Under the pieces are notes generated by a model. The model was not told the DNA's origin. It saw only the letters and a program-made list of their open reading frames with translations, and did not search any database. Source: Eledone cirrhosa (Eukaryota). Taken from it: DNA of 64,000 nt. The DNA lies in contig OZ024749.1 in NCBI GenBank assembly GCA_964016885.1, positions 52,824,001 through 52,888,000 on the forward strand. The letters run 5' to 3'. This document shows positions 41,001 to 51,968 of this stretch, piece by piece; the first letter of the stretch is position 1; every line of letters begins with the position of its first letter. Position numbers and translations under genes: made by a program.

Positions 41001-44000
41001 GTAGTTTGTTCCATGGAGGTTTTAAAGGATGCAGTGTCCTGACAACTGATGCAGGGAGATTGTTCCATGGAGGTTTTAAAGGATGCACTGTCCCGACAGC
41101 TGACAACTGATGCAGGTAGTTTGTTCCATGGAGGTTTTAAAGGATGCACTGTCCCGACAGCTGACAGCTGATGCAGGTAGTTTGTTCCATGGAGGTTTTA
41201 AAGGATGCACTGTCCCGACAGGTGACAACTGATGCAGGTAGTTTGTTCCATGGAGGTTTTAAAGGATGCACTGTCCCGACAGGTGACAACTGATGCAGGT
41301 AGTTTGTTCCATGGAGGTTTTAAAGGATGCACTGTCCCGACAGGTGACAACTGATGCAGGGAGTTTGTTCCATGCTTCAGCAACTCTAAACGGGGAAAAA
41401 TGTTTCCGAAAGTCATGGGAGCTGTGCTGATTTCTGACTTTGTAGGCATGTCCATGGGTGTTAGACACATGGAATTCGAAAAGGTGCTCAGTTGTTGGTG
41501 TTAAGATGGTTAATGATATTGTGGGTGTTTACCAAGTCAGTTGCCAGACGTCGGAGCTTTAGAAGAAATAAAATCAATAAAACAAACAAAATAAAATAAA
41601 ACTATAGAAAGTTAATAAAATAAATTTGAAACACTACCCCCTTTCCCCTCCCCCGTGATATCAACACCAGTTGTAATGGTGGTAGTTGTGGTGGTATACA
41701 GTAACTGCTCACTACGTGGTAGTGGTGTCTATATAACTAACTGCTCACTACATAGTGGTGGTAGTAGTGGTACTGGTGGTGGTGGTGGTGGTGGTAGTAG
41801 TGGTGGTAGTGGCGGTAGTGGTGGTGGTGGTAGTAGTGGTGGTAGTAGTGGTGGTGACAGTAGTGGTGGTGGTATAACAGTAACTGCTCACTACGTGATA
41901 GTGGTGTCTATATAACAGTAACTACTCACTACATAGTGGTGGTACTGGTGGTAGTATTAGTGGTACTGGTGGTGGTAGTAGTGGTGATGGTGGTGGTGGT
42001 GGTAGTAGTGGTGGTGGTATAACTGTTCACTACACTACGTGGTGGTAGTAGTATGTCTCTATAACAGTAACTGCACTACATAGTGTTGGAGGTAGTGGTG
42101 GTGGTGATCACTACGTGCTGTTTTCTGATATTTAATGTCAACGTGTCAAAATATAGGACACTAAAAATATTTCTCTCTCATTCATTGACGTAATTGGAAC
42201 TTAGTTTGTTTTACATATTTTGGTTGTTAAGTTTCTATCATGTGACATATTTTACATTTGATTGTCATTCATACCAGTAATTACTGTATCACAGGCTACT
42301 TTGGTTTTACTGGAGGTTTTAGGTGACCCAGCAGTGACAGATACCTATTTAACCTTCTAGTCAGCCCTTCGTCCCTCGTTCCAACAGAGGAGTCTTGGAT
42401 GTGACATCTGGAAAGAGAGAGAGGAGGTGCACCAGTATACCAGTAATTACTGTGCCACTGAGTGCCTTGCTTTTACTAGAGGTTTTCAGTAACCCTTTCG
42501 ATCCTCCCGGCCTCGTTCCTGCAGAACACCCCAGATGTGACAGCTTGAAAGAGAGTGAGAGGGTTGCAACACTGCTGTACCATCATGTAGTCACAGATAA
42601 AAAGCACCCAGTACTCACTGTAAACATGGTTGGCGTTAGGAAGGGCACCCAGCTGTAGAGACCAAGCCAAAATTAGCCCTGTGTGAGCAAGACATGGCCT
42701 ATCTCATAACAGGACAACTTATGCTAGCATGGAAAAATGGATCTTAAATGGTGATGATATATATATATATATCATCATCACCATTTAACGTCCATCTTCC
42801 ATGCTAATATGGAGTAGACAGTATATATATATTTATAAGGATCTGTATATATATATATATATATACACAGATCCTTATGAGCAGTACGTGGTCTCTTGAT
42901 TTGTCTCATAACAGGACAACTTTTCTAACTCATAAGAGAGGCCCCAGTGTGAGCAAGACATGGTCACTTGACCTGACATGTTTCAAAACATTGACAACCC
43001 ATCTAACCCATACAAGCAGGAGAAATAGACATTAAACAATAATTTTGATGAATCCTGCTCTTTTACAGCACACAGTTAGTGATCCACTAATTTGGAAAGT
43101 AGTGAGGGAAAAAAAAAATGTTAATCTTAAAATACTAATTTAATATTTTGTTTGTTTCTCGGTAGGTGTTCGCTGTTTTAGTGTATCTTCTACTCACCAG
43201 AATGTAGCTCCAAGTAAGTTCTTATAATTCATTTTATGTGTTATGTTTTCTGTAACACTCTCTCCTAATACCAAACTTCTCCAGCAGGAAAACAACTATA
43301 TAATTCATTACCTCCACTGCTATATTTCAGGTAGCTCACTTACCTGGTATTATATATGTAGATGACACCTGAATATGTTTAACTTAACCGACTTACCTGC
43401 TATTGTATATGCGACTATATATACCAGGATTACTGGATATATAGACAATCATACAAACTGGGAAATTCCTGATTGCATAAGAGAAACCCTATAGTTTGTT
43501 GTTTACTGATTTGTGGAAGTGATTAAAGATAAAAAATGATATTTTAATCATTTATTTCTAGGATATAATTACATAAAATATTCAACATGTATGTAGAAAT
43601 GACAATCAGGATTATATATATGAGTAACTTCGGAGAAATAACTATTTACAGGGACAAACGTAGAATTAGAACCCAGGACCTTATGTTTGTAGCAACATGA
43701 CTGAGATAGGAAATACACTGTGTGTGTAAAAATTATTTATATATATATATATATAAGTTTATCCCGGGTGTTCAATCGGGGGTGACCACAGTAAGTAAGG
43801 TACTCAATACATAGCAGAGTATAAATATTTAATATAGCAATGGCTTCTACAGGACTACTACTGTTTCATTCGGGAAAATCATCAGGAAGCCGATATGTAT
43901 ATAATCACACATGATGTAATATTAAAGTTGATTGTAATCTTTTCTTTTGTAGGTAAAAAAACTCTTTCAAAACCAGGTGTTCGGAATGTTGTCTTAGTAG

Positions 44001-47000
44001 AAGGTGTCCGAATTCCTTTCCTGGTCTCCGGAACCACGTACGTCAATCTGATGCCTCACGATTTAGCTCGGAATGCATTGCTGTAAGTAACCGAGATGAA
44101 ACAAAAGATAAAGTGATTTCTCTGAGAAACGAGTATATTTAAATATATATAAAAATGAGAAAACTCATCGCTAGGGCAACCGTTAAAACAGCTAAATGCT
44201 GTGAAAGACAGCGATGGGCAAAGATGCCTGAGAGACCAGCGGCCAGTGGTCAACAGAGAGACCAGCGGCCAGTGGTCAACAGAGAGACCAGCGGCCAGTG
44301 GTCAACAGAGAGAGACAATCGACAAGCTGGGTGACAGGCAGATGAAATATAGAAAAGATTGGCAGAGGAGAATGACAAAGAGAAGTGTGTTGGCACACTA
44401 GATTTGATTTGTGAAGGTGCATGACTTAGTGGTTGGAGAATTAGATTCACAAACGTGAGATTGTGAGTTTGATTCCTGGATTTGATGTGTTATGTCCTTG
44501 AGCAAGACAATTTATTTCACATTGCTCTTTCTGCCAGGAGTTGCAACTGGTAGATAGTTATCAGCAATGGAAAGATTTGACAATTTCCACCTTACTCGGT
44601 ATGTGAACAAAGTCAGGGAATTTGTCGATAGATTCAGTCGATTGATTCAGTCAATAGATTCAGTCGATTGATCAGAATTTGACATTTCTACAAGTGGAAT
44701 CTATTATTTTCCTTAATCAAAGTTTTAGATATTGAACCTTTGTTGACACAAATTGCCACCAAATCTGATCCTGGTTCTATGATATAAAACTGTTTTAAAG
44801 TGTTTATATTTATCTACAACACATCCATCATAGTTTTATGCAAGAACCTTTGTTAAGTTATGTTCCAGATAGCAACTAAATTGATAGAAAGTAATTTATA
44901 TTATTAAATCCTTCCAAATTCGTAATTACATATTTGACTTGTTTTTATTTTATTTTATTTTCAGAGGTTTAGTTAAAAGAACAAACCTATCAAGAGGTAA
45001 ATTACTTTCCATATCTTTAGAAATGGCAGTGTATTGTGGTGGTATGGTGGTGTGGAAGTGGTGGTATGGTGGTATGGCAGTGTGGTGGTGTGGTGGGGTG
45101 GCAGTGTGGTGGTATGGTAGTGTGGTAGTGTAGTGGTATGGCAGTGTGGTGGTATGGTGGTATGGAAGTGTAGTGGTATGGCAGTGTGGTGGTATGGTAG
45201 TGTGGTGGTGGTGTGGTAGTGTGGTGGTGGTGGTTTAGCAGTGTGGTGGTGTGGTATGGTAGTGTGGTAGTGTGGTGGTATGGCAGTGTGGTAGTGTGGT
45301 GGTGTGGCAGTGTGGGGTTGTGGTAGTGTGGTGGTATGGTAGTGTGGTGGTGGTGTGGTAGTGTGGTGGTGGTGGTTTAGCAGTGTGGTGGTGTGGTATG
45401 GTAGTGTGGTAGTGTGGTGGTATGGCAGTGTGGTAGTGTGGTGGTGTGGCAGTGTGGGGTTGTGGTAGTGTGGTGGTGTGGTGGTATGGCAGTGTGGCAG
45501 TGTCGTGGTATGGTAGTGTGGTGGTGTGGTAGTGTGGTGGTGTGGTGGTATGGCAGTGTGGCAGTGTGGTGGTATGGTAGTGTGGTGGTATGGTAGTGTG
45601 GTGGTATGGCAGTGTGGTAGTGTGGTGGTGTGACAGTGTGGTGGTGTGGTGGTATGGTAGTGTGGTGGTATGGTAGTGTGGTGGTGTGGCAGTGTGGTGG
45701 TGGTATGGCAGTGTATTGTAGTTATTAACAATGGTAAAGTATTCCATAAGAAATATAGTAATTAATGGTTTAAAGAGTTTGTTATGAAAGTATTTCCTTT
45801 TCTGTTCTATTTGTCAGATTCTCTTGATTATATTATCATGGGGACTGTAATACAAGAAGTGAAAACTAGCAACATTGCCAGAGAAGTAAGTACCTTCCTT
45901 TCATTTACAAACACTTAACTCTTTTGATACCAAACCACCTAACACTGTCCCTTAGTTTTATGACACAACACTGTCCCTTAGTTTTATGACACAACACTGC
46001 CCCTTAGTTTTATGATACAACAGTCCCTTTAGTTTTATGACACAACACTGTCCCTTAGTTTTATGATACAACACTACTGTCCCCTTAGTTTTATGATACA
46101 CTGTCCCCTAGTTTTATGATACAACACTGTCCATTTTAAAATGTTTGTACAAGCTTTAGTAGATTATAAAGGGATGTACTAATAACTCAACTAAACCAGA
46201 TTTAATGTTTGCTACAGAGACAAGAAATAAACACCAGTCCCTCAGACTCTTCATCAACATCATTTAACGTCTATCTTCCACGTTAGCATGGGTTAGACAG
46301 GAATTGTCCCACTTGAGGCAAGATTGGTCAGGTGACCGTGTCTCGCTTGTATAGGACTATTTGGCAGGTTTTCTACAGCTGGATGCCCTTCCTAACAACA
46401 ACCACATTTACAGTGTTACCTACACGGCCACATTACAGCGTAGACTCTGTATTTTTTGTCATGACCTCATTAGTTTGGACTGGATGTTGTGGTACCAACA
46501 TAACTTTATAGAGAAAGGGTGGTGTTGGTGGGAGGATGGAGTAGGGGTAGTGGGTTGGGGTGTATATTTGGTTAAGAGGTGCCTACTGACTGTAGGTTTC
46601 GCTTTGTACATAGGCAAGGCGGGTCTTCTGTATTACTGTGTGGTGCCAAAGATCTCAGTCCAGTGACATTGTCTTGGAGGGGTGCAAGTGTGTAAGGTCA
46701 GAATTTATCAAATCACCCCAGGTTTTTCTGGGTCTACCTACTCCGTAACTTCCATCAGATTGTAAAACAATGTACTACTAACTCAGCCAAAACAAAGTAT
46801 GAGAGGAACCTGTCTAACCCAAGCAAGCATGGAAAATAGACATTAAACAGTGATGATGATGATGATGATGATGATAGGCAGTGTTTAGAATTATGCTAAC
46901 AAAATATTAACTGTTTTTCACTTGTATTTTTGAAGGCAAGTTTAGGAGCTGGTTTCTCAGATAAAATTCCTGCCCACACAGTCACTCAAGCCTGTATATC

Positions 47001-50000
47001 GTCAAACCAAGCAATTACTTCAGGTTAGTGTTGTTCTTTTTCTGTACTGGGTGGTTGATATTGGCAAAAGCTGGTGCCCTAGCATGGCCAGTCTGACTGA
47101 AACCAGTAAAAGAATAAAAGAATGTGGTGCTCCAGCATGGCCAGTCTAATGACTGAAACCAGTAAAAGAATAAAAGAATGTGGTGTTCCAGCATGGTCCC
47201 CCTCTTAAAATATATTGTTTGTGCTAATAGTTGCAACCCGTAGATATCAGAAATAGAAAGACCAGTGGAAACAATGTCTCCTTGGTCCAATCTGATGAGT
47301 TCTATCCCCACTTTATAAGTAAATGAGGTCTGGGGGTGTCTTGTTGATTGATCAATAAAATATATCGTTTGTTCTAACGAGACAAATACCTGTGATTTAT
47401 TATTGTAATGTTATCTTTCTTTGTCTTGTTTCAGCTGTTAGTTTAATAGCTTCTGGTAACTGTGATGCTGTTATTGCTGGTGGTGTGGAGTTCTTGTCAG
47501 ATGCTCCGATCCGATTAAGTCGTAAAATGAGGAAGACATTATTGTCGATAAACAAAGCCAAAAAGATTCCCCAGAAACTTTCTTTGGTCAGCAAGATGTT
47601 GTCACTTTCTGCATTGACTCCCGATGTAAGGATACTTCTATTACAATTATTTATTCTTATTGAGAGCAGGAAGGTGGATTGGCCTTGTGTCAAATGTAGA
47701 AAATAAATCATTAGTTAACTAAATTTCTAATGAAAGGAGCTGCCTATGAGTTTCAAATAATTTTGAAAGTTTTTAGGTGAGGGTTAGAGAGAGGTGCTAC
47801 CTTCCAGAGTGCTTTATGAAAGAGGTGCTGCCTTACAGGGTCGATAAAATCGACTTTCCTCTCTCCAAAATTGATGGCCTTGTGCCTAAATCAGAAACCA
47901 TTATTTTTATTGCGCATCATTACTGCTTTACCGAGCACAGCTCTGTGTACTTGGGTATGTGCAGCGTAGTTTTTCCTGATGTTTCTGTTGTCATATGTGC
48001 AGTGCCTAATAGTACTAACTGTTGTATATATTTTTAAATTCGAGTTTTGTGTGTTATTATTATATTTTCCTCTAGCTTCCTTCAGTGTCAGAATTCTCAA
48101 CTGGAGAAAGTATGGGTCATTCCGCTGACCGACTCACCTCAGCCTTTTCGGTCTCTCGTCAAGAACAGGTCAGTTTGAAAATTTCTAGGATAAAATTACA
48201 TAAAAATAATAAAGAATTTAATGTTTAGTCAAATGTAGAAAAAGTAGTATTAGAAAGGACTATAAATGCAAGGATTATTAGACAATGAAAGAAAGAACGC
48301 GACAGACTCTACACCTAAGTTAGAGTTGTTTCGACTGCACCCCATGGATAAAATGGCAAAGTTGATTAAATCAATCCCAGGACTTCACTGTGGGGTGTTA
48401 TGTTCTAGAGTAAAACAATATCACATTGCTCCAGTATACTCAGCTGAAAATGAGTACCAGCAGCAATAGCTAGGCGTCCTATCCAGGAGGCAGTCTTCTA
48501 CTCTGTTGCTTCACACCACAGAAATCTGGATAAACTTTCGACTTTATTGTAGTTCAAAGTTCACTTTGGTGGGATTTGAACTCAAAATGTAAAGAGTCAT
48601 AAAATACCACAATGCCATTATATTTGACACTCTACCAATTCTCTGCGCTTTTGTTGTTAAAACATTGTTTATTGAAATTTGTATGCAATTGTATCGGTAG
48701 AGTTGCATCCCTTTATGGTCTATGGTTAACTTTGCCTTTCATCTTCATGGGGTCTATAAAATAAAGTACTAGTCACACACTGGGGTCAATTTAATCGACT
48801 TTCCCCCTATATAAGAAACCATTATTATTATTTCCAGGATGAATATGCTCAACGGTCTCATACACTTGCGCAAGAAGCTTCTGACAAAGGATTGCTGACA
48901 GATATTGTTCCTTATAAAGTACCAGGTAATAGTTTCACACTACTTTCTACATGTTTTATAGCTGTTAATGCACCTGCTTTAATACCACCATCTAACCCTT
49001 GGGTACCTATAACCTTTTAACATTTCTCTATATCTCACATATTTTCACAGTAAAGGCCAGTTTGAACAGAAAGAGATGAGAGAATTCTGGCCAGATATGG
49101 CTGGTTTAAATGCTAAAGGGGTCACAAACAATACCTTTCTATGGCCCGTGGCAGAAAATGTCTCCCTAAACTAACTCACATCTACTTAATATTGTGTGTT
49201 AAAATAAATAGTAACCTATCAGCTGTATTATAACTGGTAGAGCCCTCATTCTTGACAAAATGTCCCTTTTGATTCCACTCTGTTGCAAGTATTTAAATGA
49301 GGTCTTTGGTTAGCTTCCTACTCCTCATCTTCAGTAAATAATTTATTTAAGCAGATTGAATTCTTCTAGTTGTGAGGAATGAAGTGGGCCAGGGCCCCAA
49401 TATAGGATCCTATGCTCTACCAAGTGCATTTGATTGTAACACTATGGAAGCTGAAGAATCTTTCTAACCATTTATACATATAAGGAAGAAAAGAATTGTA
49501 AAATGGAAATCAACCAACTTTTCTCTCTACTGTTTATATGTTTATATAATTGCAGGACATGCCAATGTGGTTAAGAAAGACAATGGTATTCGTCCTTCTT
49601 CTATGGAGAAACTGCAAAAACTGAAACCAGCTTTTATTAAACCACATGGTACCATCACTGCAGCAAATTCTTCATTTTTGGTAAGTTTTTAACTGATAAA
49701 ATACTGTTTGAACCTCAACTAAAACACGACAGTGATAGATAACATAATTGTCAAGGTTATGTCGTGTGTAATAACCTTTCACTCCAGGGTTTGTTACAAT
49801 GTGGCAAAGCTCATCTCTCTCCAGGTTTGGACCTTTAGTGACCCTGAAAGCTGGAATAAATATTGCATAGCATGTTCATAACTGTAATGGTACCAGCAGA
49901 ACCATCTGGCAGTATAGATAACATGCTTTGTGTTATATAGTTACAGCCCTTTATGTTCAGATCTCGCCATCCTTAAATATATTTTAACATTTTCAGACTG

Positions 50001-51140
50001 ATGGTGCTTCAGCTTGTCTTGTGATGTCAGAAGAAAAAGCCTTAGCCATGGGCTTTAAACCCAAAGCATACCTACGTGATTTCGTCTACGTTTCTCAGGA
50101 TCCTAAAGACCAGCTTCTTTTAGGGTAAGTGAAATCAACATAAGTGACCAAGGATAAAAATGATTTGAAGAAATTAATTTATTTTCTTACAAAAAAAAAA
50201 AAAATAAACAAAAAAAAGAAATCATTGAAAAGAAATGAAAAAGTCTAAGTTTGAAACATGCTTGCATTTTGACAAATGATATTGCTGAGGTAGGAGCTCT
50301 CTAAAATTCAACCTGTTTTATTTGGTGCCTTTCCACCCTCACTATTTATGCTATGAGCTCTTTTAAATCTAGATATGGATTGATGACTGAAATAAAAATT
50401 TTTTATATAAAAAAAATAACTTTAAATATTTCAAAACTGGAAGTTATGTTTGTGGCAGTGTCTAATATGGTTTAATAATTATTATTTTGTAGTCCAGCAT
50501 ACGCAACACCTAAAGTCCTTGAGAAAGCGGGTCTCCAACTAGGTGATATCAGCGTATTTGAGTATCACGAAGCCTTTGCAGTAAGTTCTTTAATATCAAT
50601 CCCCACTTTTCATCTCTTTATTGTATAGACAAAACAAGATGTATTTTAAGTATGAGAAGACTAAAAACCCCCACTCTCCTCTCCACAGGGACAAATCTTG
50701 GCCAACCTTAAGGCGATGGATTCTGACTGGTTTGCCAAAACTTATATGGGACGCGCTTCAAAAGTAAGACTAATATTTTCTGGTTTGAATTATTTACAAA
50801 CGTACATCTCTTCCTATCCTCCTATTTAATACTGTTTTCTCATTTCTAAATAGGTTGGATCTCCCGATTTTTCAAAATTTAACCTGTGGGGAGGTTCACT
50901 ATCAATTGGTCACCCATTTGGTGCAACTGGAGTACGATTAGTGACCACTGCAGCTAACCGTTTACACAAAGAAGGTGGGCAGTATGGGCTGGTGGCAGCA
51001 TGTGCAGCAGGAGGCATTGTAAGTTATAGATTTATAAATGATGTCATATTTACAATAATATATAGAAGGCATATGTCATATTTTTTTTCTTTCTATTACA
51101 GGGTCACGGGATGATTGTTGAAGCATATCCACTTAAATGA
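32133..51140 (+). CDS. HADHB: Mitochondrial trifunctional protein subunit beta (long-chain 3-ketoacyl-CoA thiolase)
   Basis: 15 GT-AG exons in phase: 32133-32193 ([20 protein letters not shown], presequence-like), 43166-43213, 43953-44082, 44965-44996, 45818-45885, 46936-47023, 47435-47625, 48076-48168, 48838-48925, 49556-49680, 49997-50124, 50493-50580, 50689-50763, 50854-51018, 51102-51140 (TGA). Motifs: [41 protein letters not shown] (catalytic Cys), [58 protein letters not shown]. Confidence 0.96.
34009..34063 (-). ncRNA. Type I hammerhead ribozyme motif (Penelope-like/retrozyme type)
   Basis: Minus strand reads ugagauuc CUGAUGA uuucuaaagaau GAAA cag uucuaguc cug UA gaaucuca: 8-bp stem I, intact core, stem III CAG/CUG, GUA cleavage triplet. 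The base of stem II is U-U rather than the usual G-C. Confidence 0.7.
34535..35055 (+). mobile_element. Tx1/L1-clade LINE 3' fragment
   Basis: [23 protein letters not shown]...[15 protein letters not shown]...FTERW resembles the K..IW..R C-terminal region of Tx1-type ORF2. It ends in aataaa at ~35045. Confidence 0.6.
35810..36030. mobile_element. piggyBac-like MITE
   Basis: TTAA|ccctttagcattta ... taaatgctaaaggg|TTAA. Other copies lie at ~7858-8078, 10142-10352, 18693-18900, 23851-24124 and 61378-61547. Confidence 0.8.
36663..36723 (+). ncRNA. Minimal type I hammerhead ribozyme motif, sense to HADHB
   Basis: uuguuuaua ggcu CUGAUGA uuuauaggguauggau GAAA c acu g UU agcu aauaaaacaa: stem I ggcu/agcu with extension, minimal stem III within the quasi-palindrome aacacuguu, GUU triplet. 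Confidence 0.55.
37076..37136 (-). ncRNA. Identical minimal hammerhead motif in the second arm of the inverted repeat
   Basis: Exact reverse complement of 36663-36723. Confidence 0.55.
38493..39271. repeat. 39-bp minisatellite, ~20 identical copies
   Basis: Unit ttgtggataaatgacagtgttgtcattaacaggaagatg. There are no unique spacers. Confidence 0.97.
39325..40565. repeat. ~29-31-bp minisatellite
   Basis: Unit ttatacaccttgtgtcatatcacgtcttg(tg) with degenerate ends. Confidence 0.92.
40585..41540 (-). mobile_element. CR1/L2-type LINE 3' end with an internal 61-bp tandem expansion (40770-41372)
   Basis: [10 protein letters not shown]...[29 protein letters not shown] matches the CR1 ORF2 C-terminal RV...WN.LP..VV.....FK motif. 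The 3' UTR matches a second copy at 59308-59450 plus 59785-59885. Confidence 0.8.
41700..42110. repeat. (GGT/AGT)n low-complexity tract
   Basis: ggtggtagtagtggt runs. Confidence 0.85.
43841..43892 (-). ncRNA. Type I hammerhead ribozyme motif, same family as 34009-34063
   Basis: Minus strand reads cggcuuc CUGAUGA uuuucccgaau GAAA cag uaguaguc cug UA gaagcca: stem I ggcuuc/gaagcc. Confidence 0.68.
45025..45715. repeat. (GTG/GTA)-rich low-complexity repeat
   Basis: gtgtggtggtatggcagtgtggtagt variants. Confidence 0.88.
45940..46132. repeat. 28-bp tandem repeat, ~6-7 copies
   Basis: Unit aacactgtcccttagttttatgacacaa. Confidence 0.85.
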
Positions 51141-51968
51141 ATTCCATCGGGGCCTATGCTGGGCTACAAATAATATATTTCATTGCAATAAATATTTTAA
51201 AACTTGTTTGAGATTGAAGAAATCTAAGTTTCTTTTTTTTTTTTTTGACAACATCCAGTATTTTTGTAAAAAGGTTTTACAAATCTCATTTATACAGCAT
51301 AAACAGACACTTCACTCTTCAATGAAATGGTTATAAAGAAACATCACTGCAAGAAGTAGTAGAAGAGCTAAGTTCACATCCCCTATCTCATGTTAAATGT
51401 TAGCCAAGTGATCCATCGTTGAAAGTAAACAACAGTACTCTGGAAAATTTATGAAAAACGAATGATTTGTAGGAATTTTATTTTTTTTTTTTTTCCATAG
51501 AAATTGAGATGAAATTTTTTTTGTTTTAATAAAAAGAAATGAAAAGAACAAGTGATGACAGTTTGAAGAGTACTTTTTTTTTTTTGTTAAAAGAGCAAGG
51601 AAATTGTGTGGGGAGGGTGTTAATGGTAAACAGGTTCCTTGGCAGCTCTAGCTTCATATATTTAGTGTGACAACTGCTGAAAAGAGCTGTGAATAAATTG
51701 GGAGTTCTCATCACAGCAGCAGCCTCTTAGGGGGTTTGTTTGTTATTAACAAGAGAAAATAAATAGTGGTGAGATCAAATTAGAAACACATTTACCTTAA
51801 ACTTTATTTGGATTTTCAGTTTGAAGAGACAAAAAAAAAAAAAAGGAAACAAGGGAGGGGGGTGGGTTTTAAAATATGATGAACGGTTTCTTAATGTGAA
51901 AACCCTACCCAACTTTTATTTTAGAAAGAGACAATTTCTTTCGTCCCTGCAGATTAAAACTTGATATT

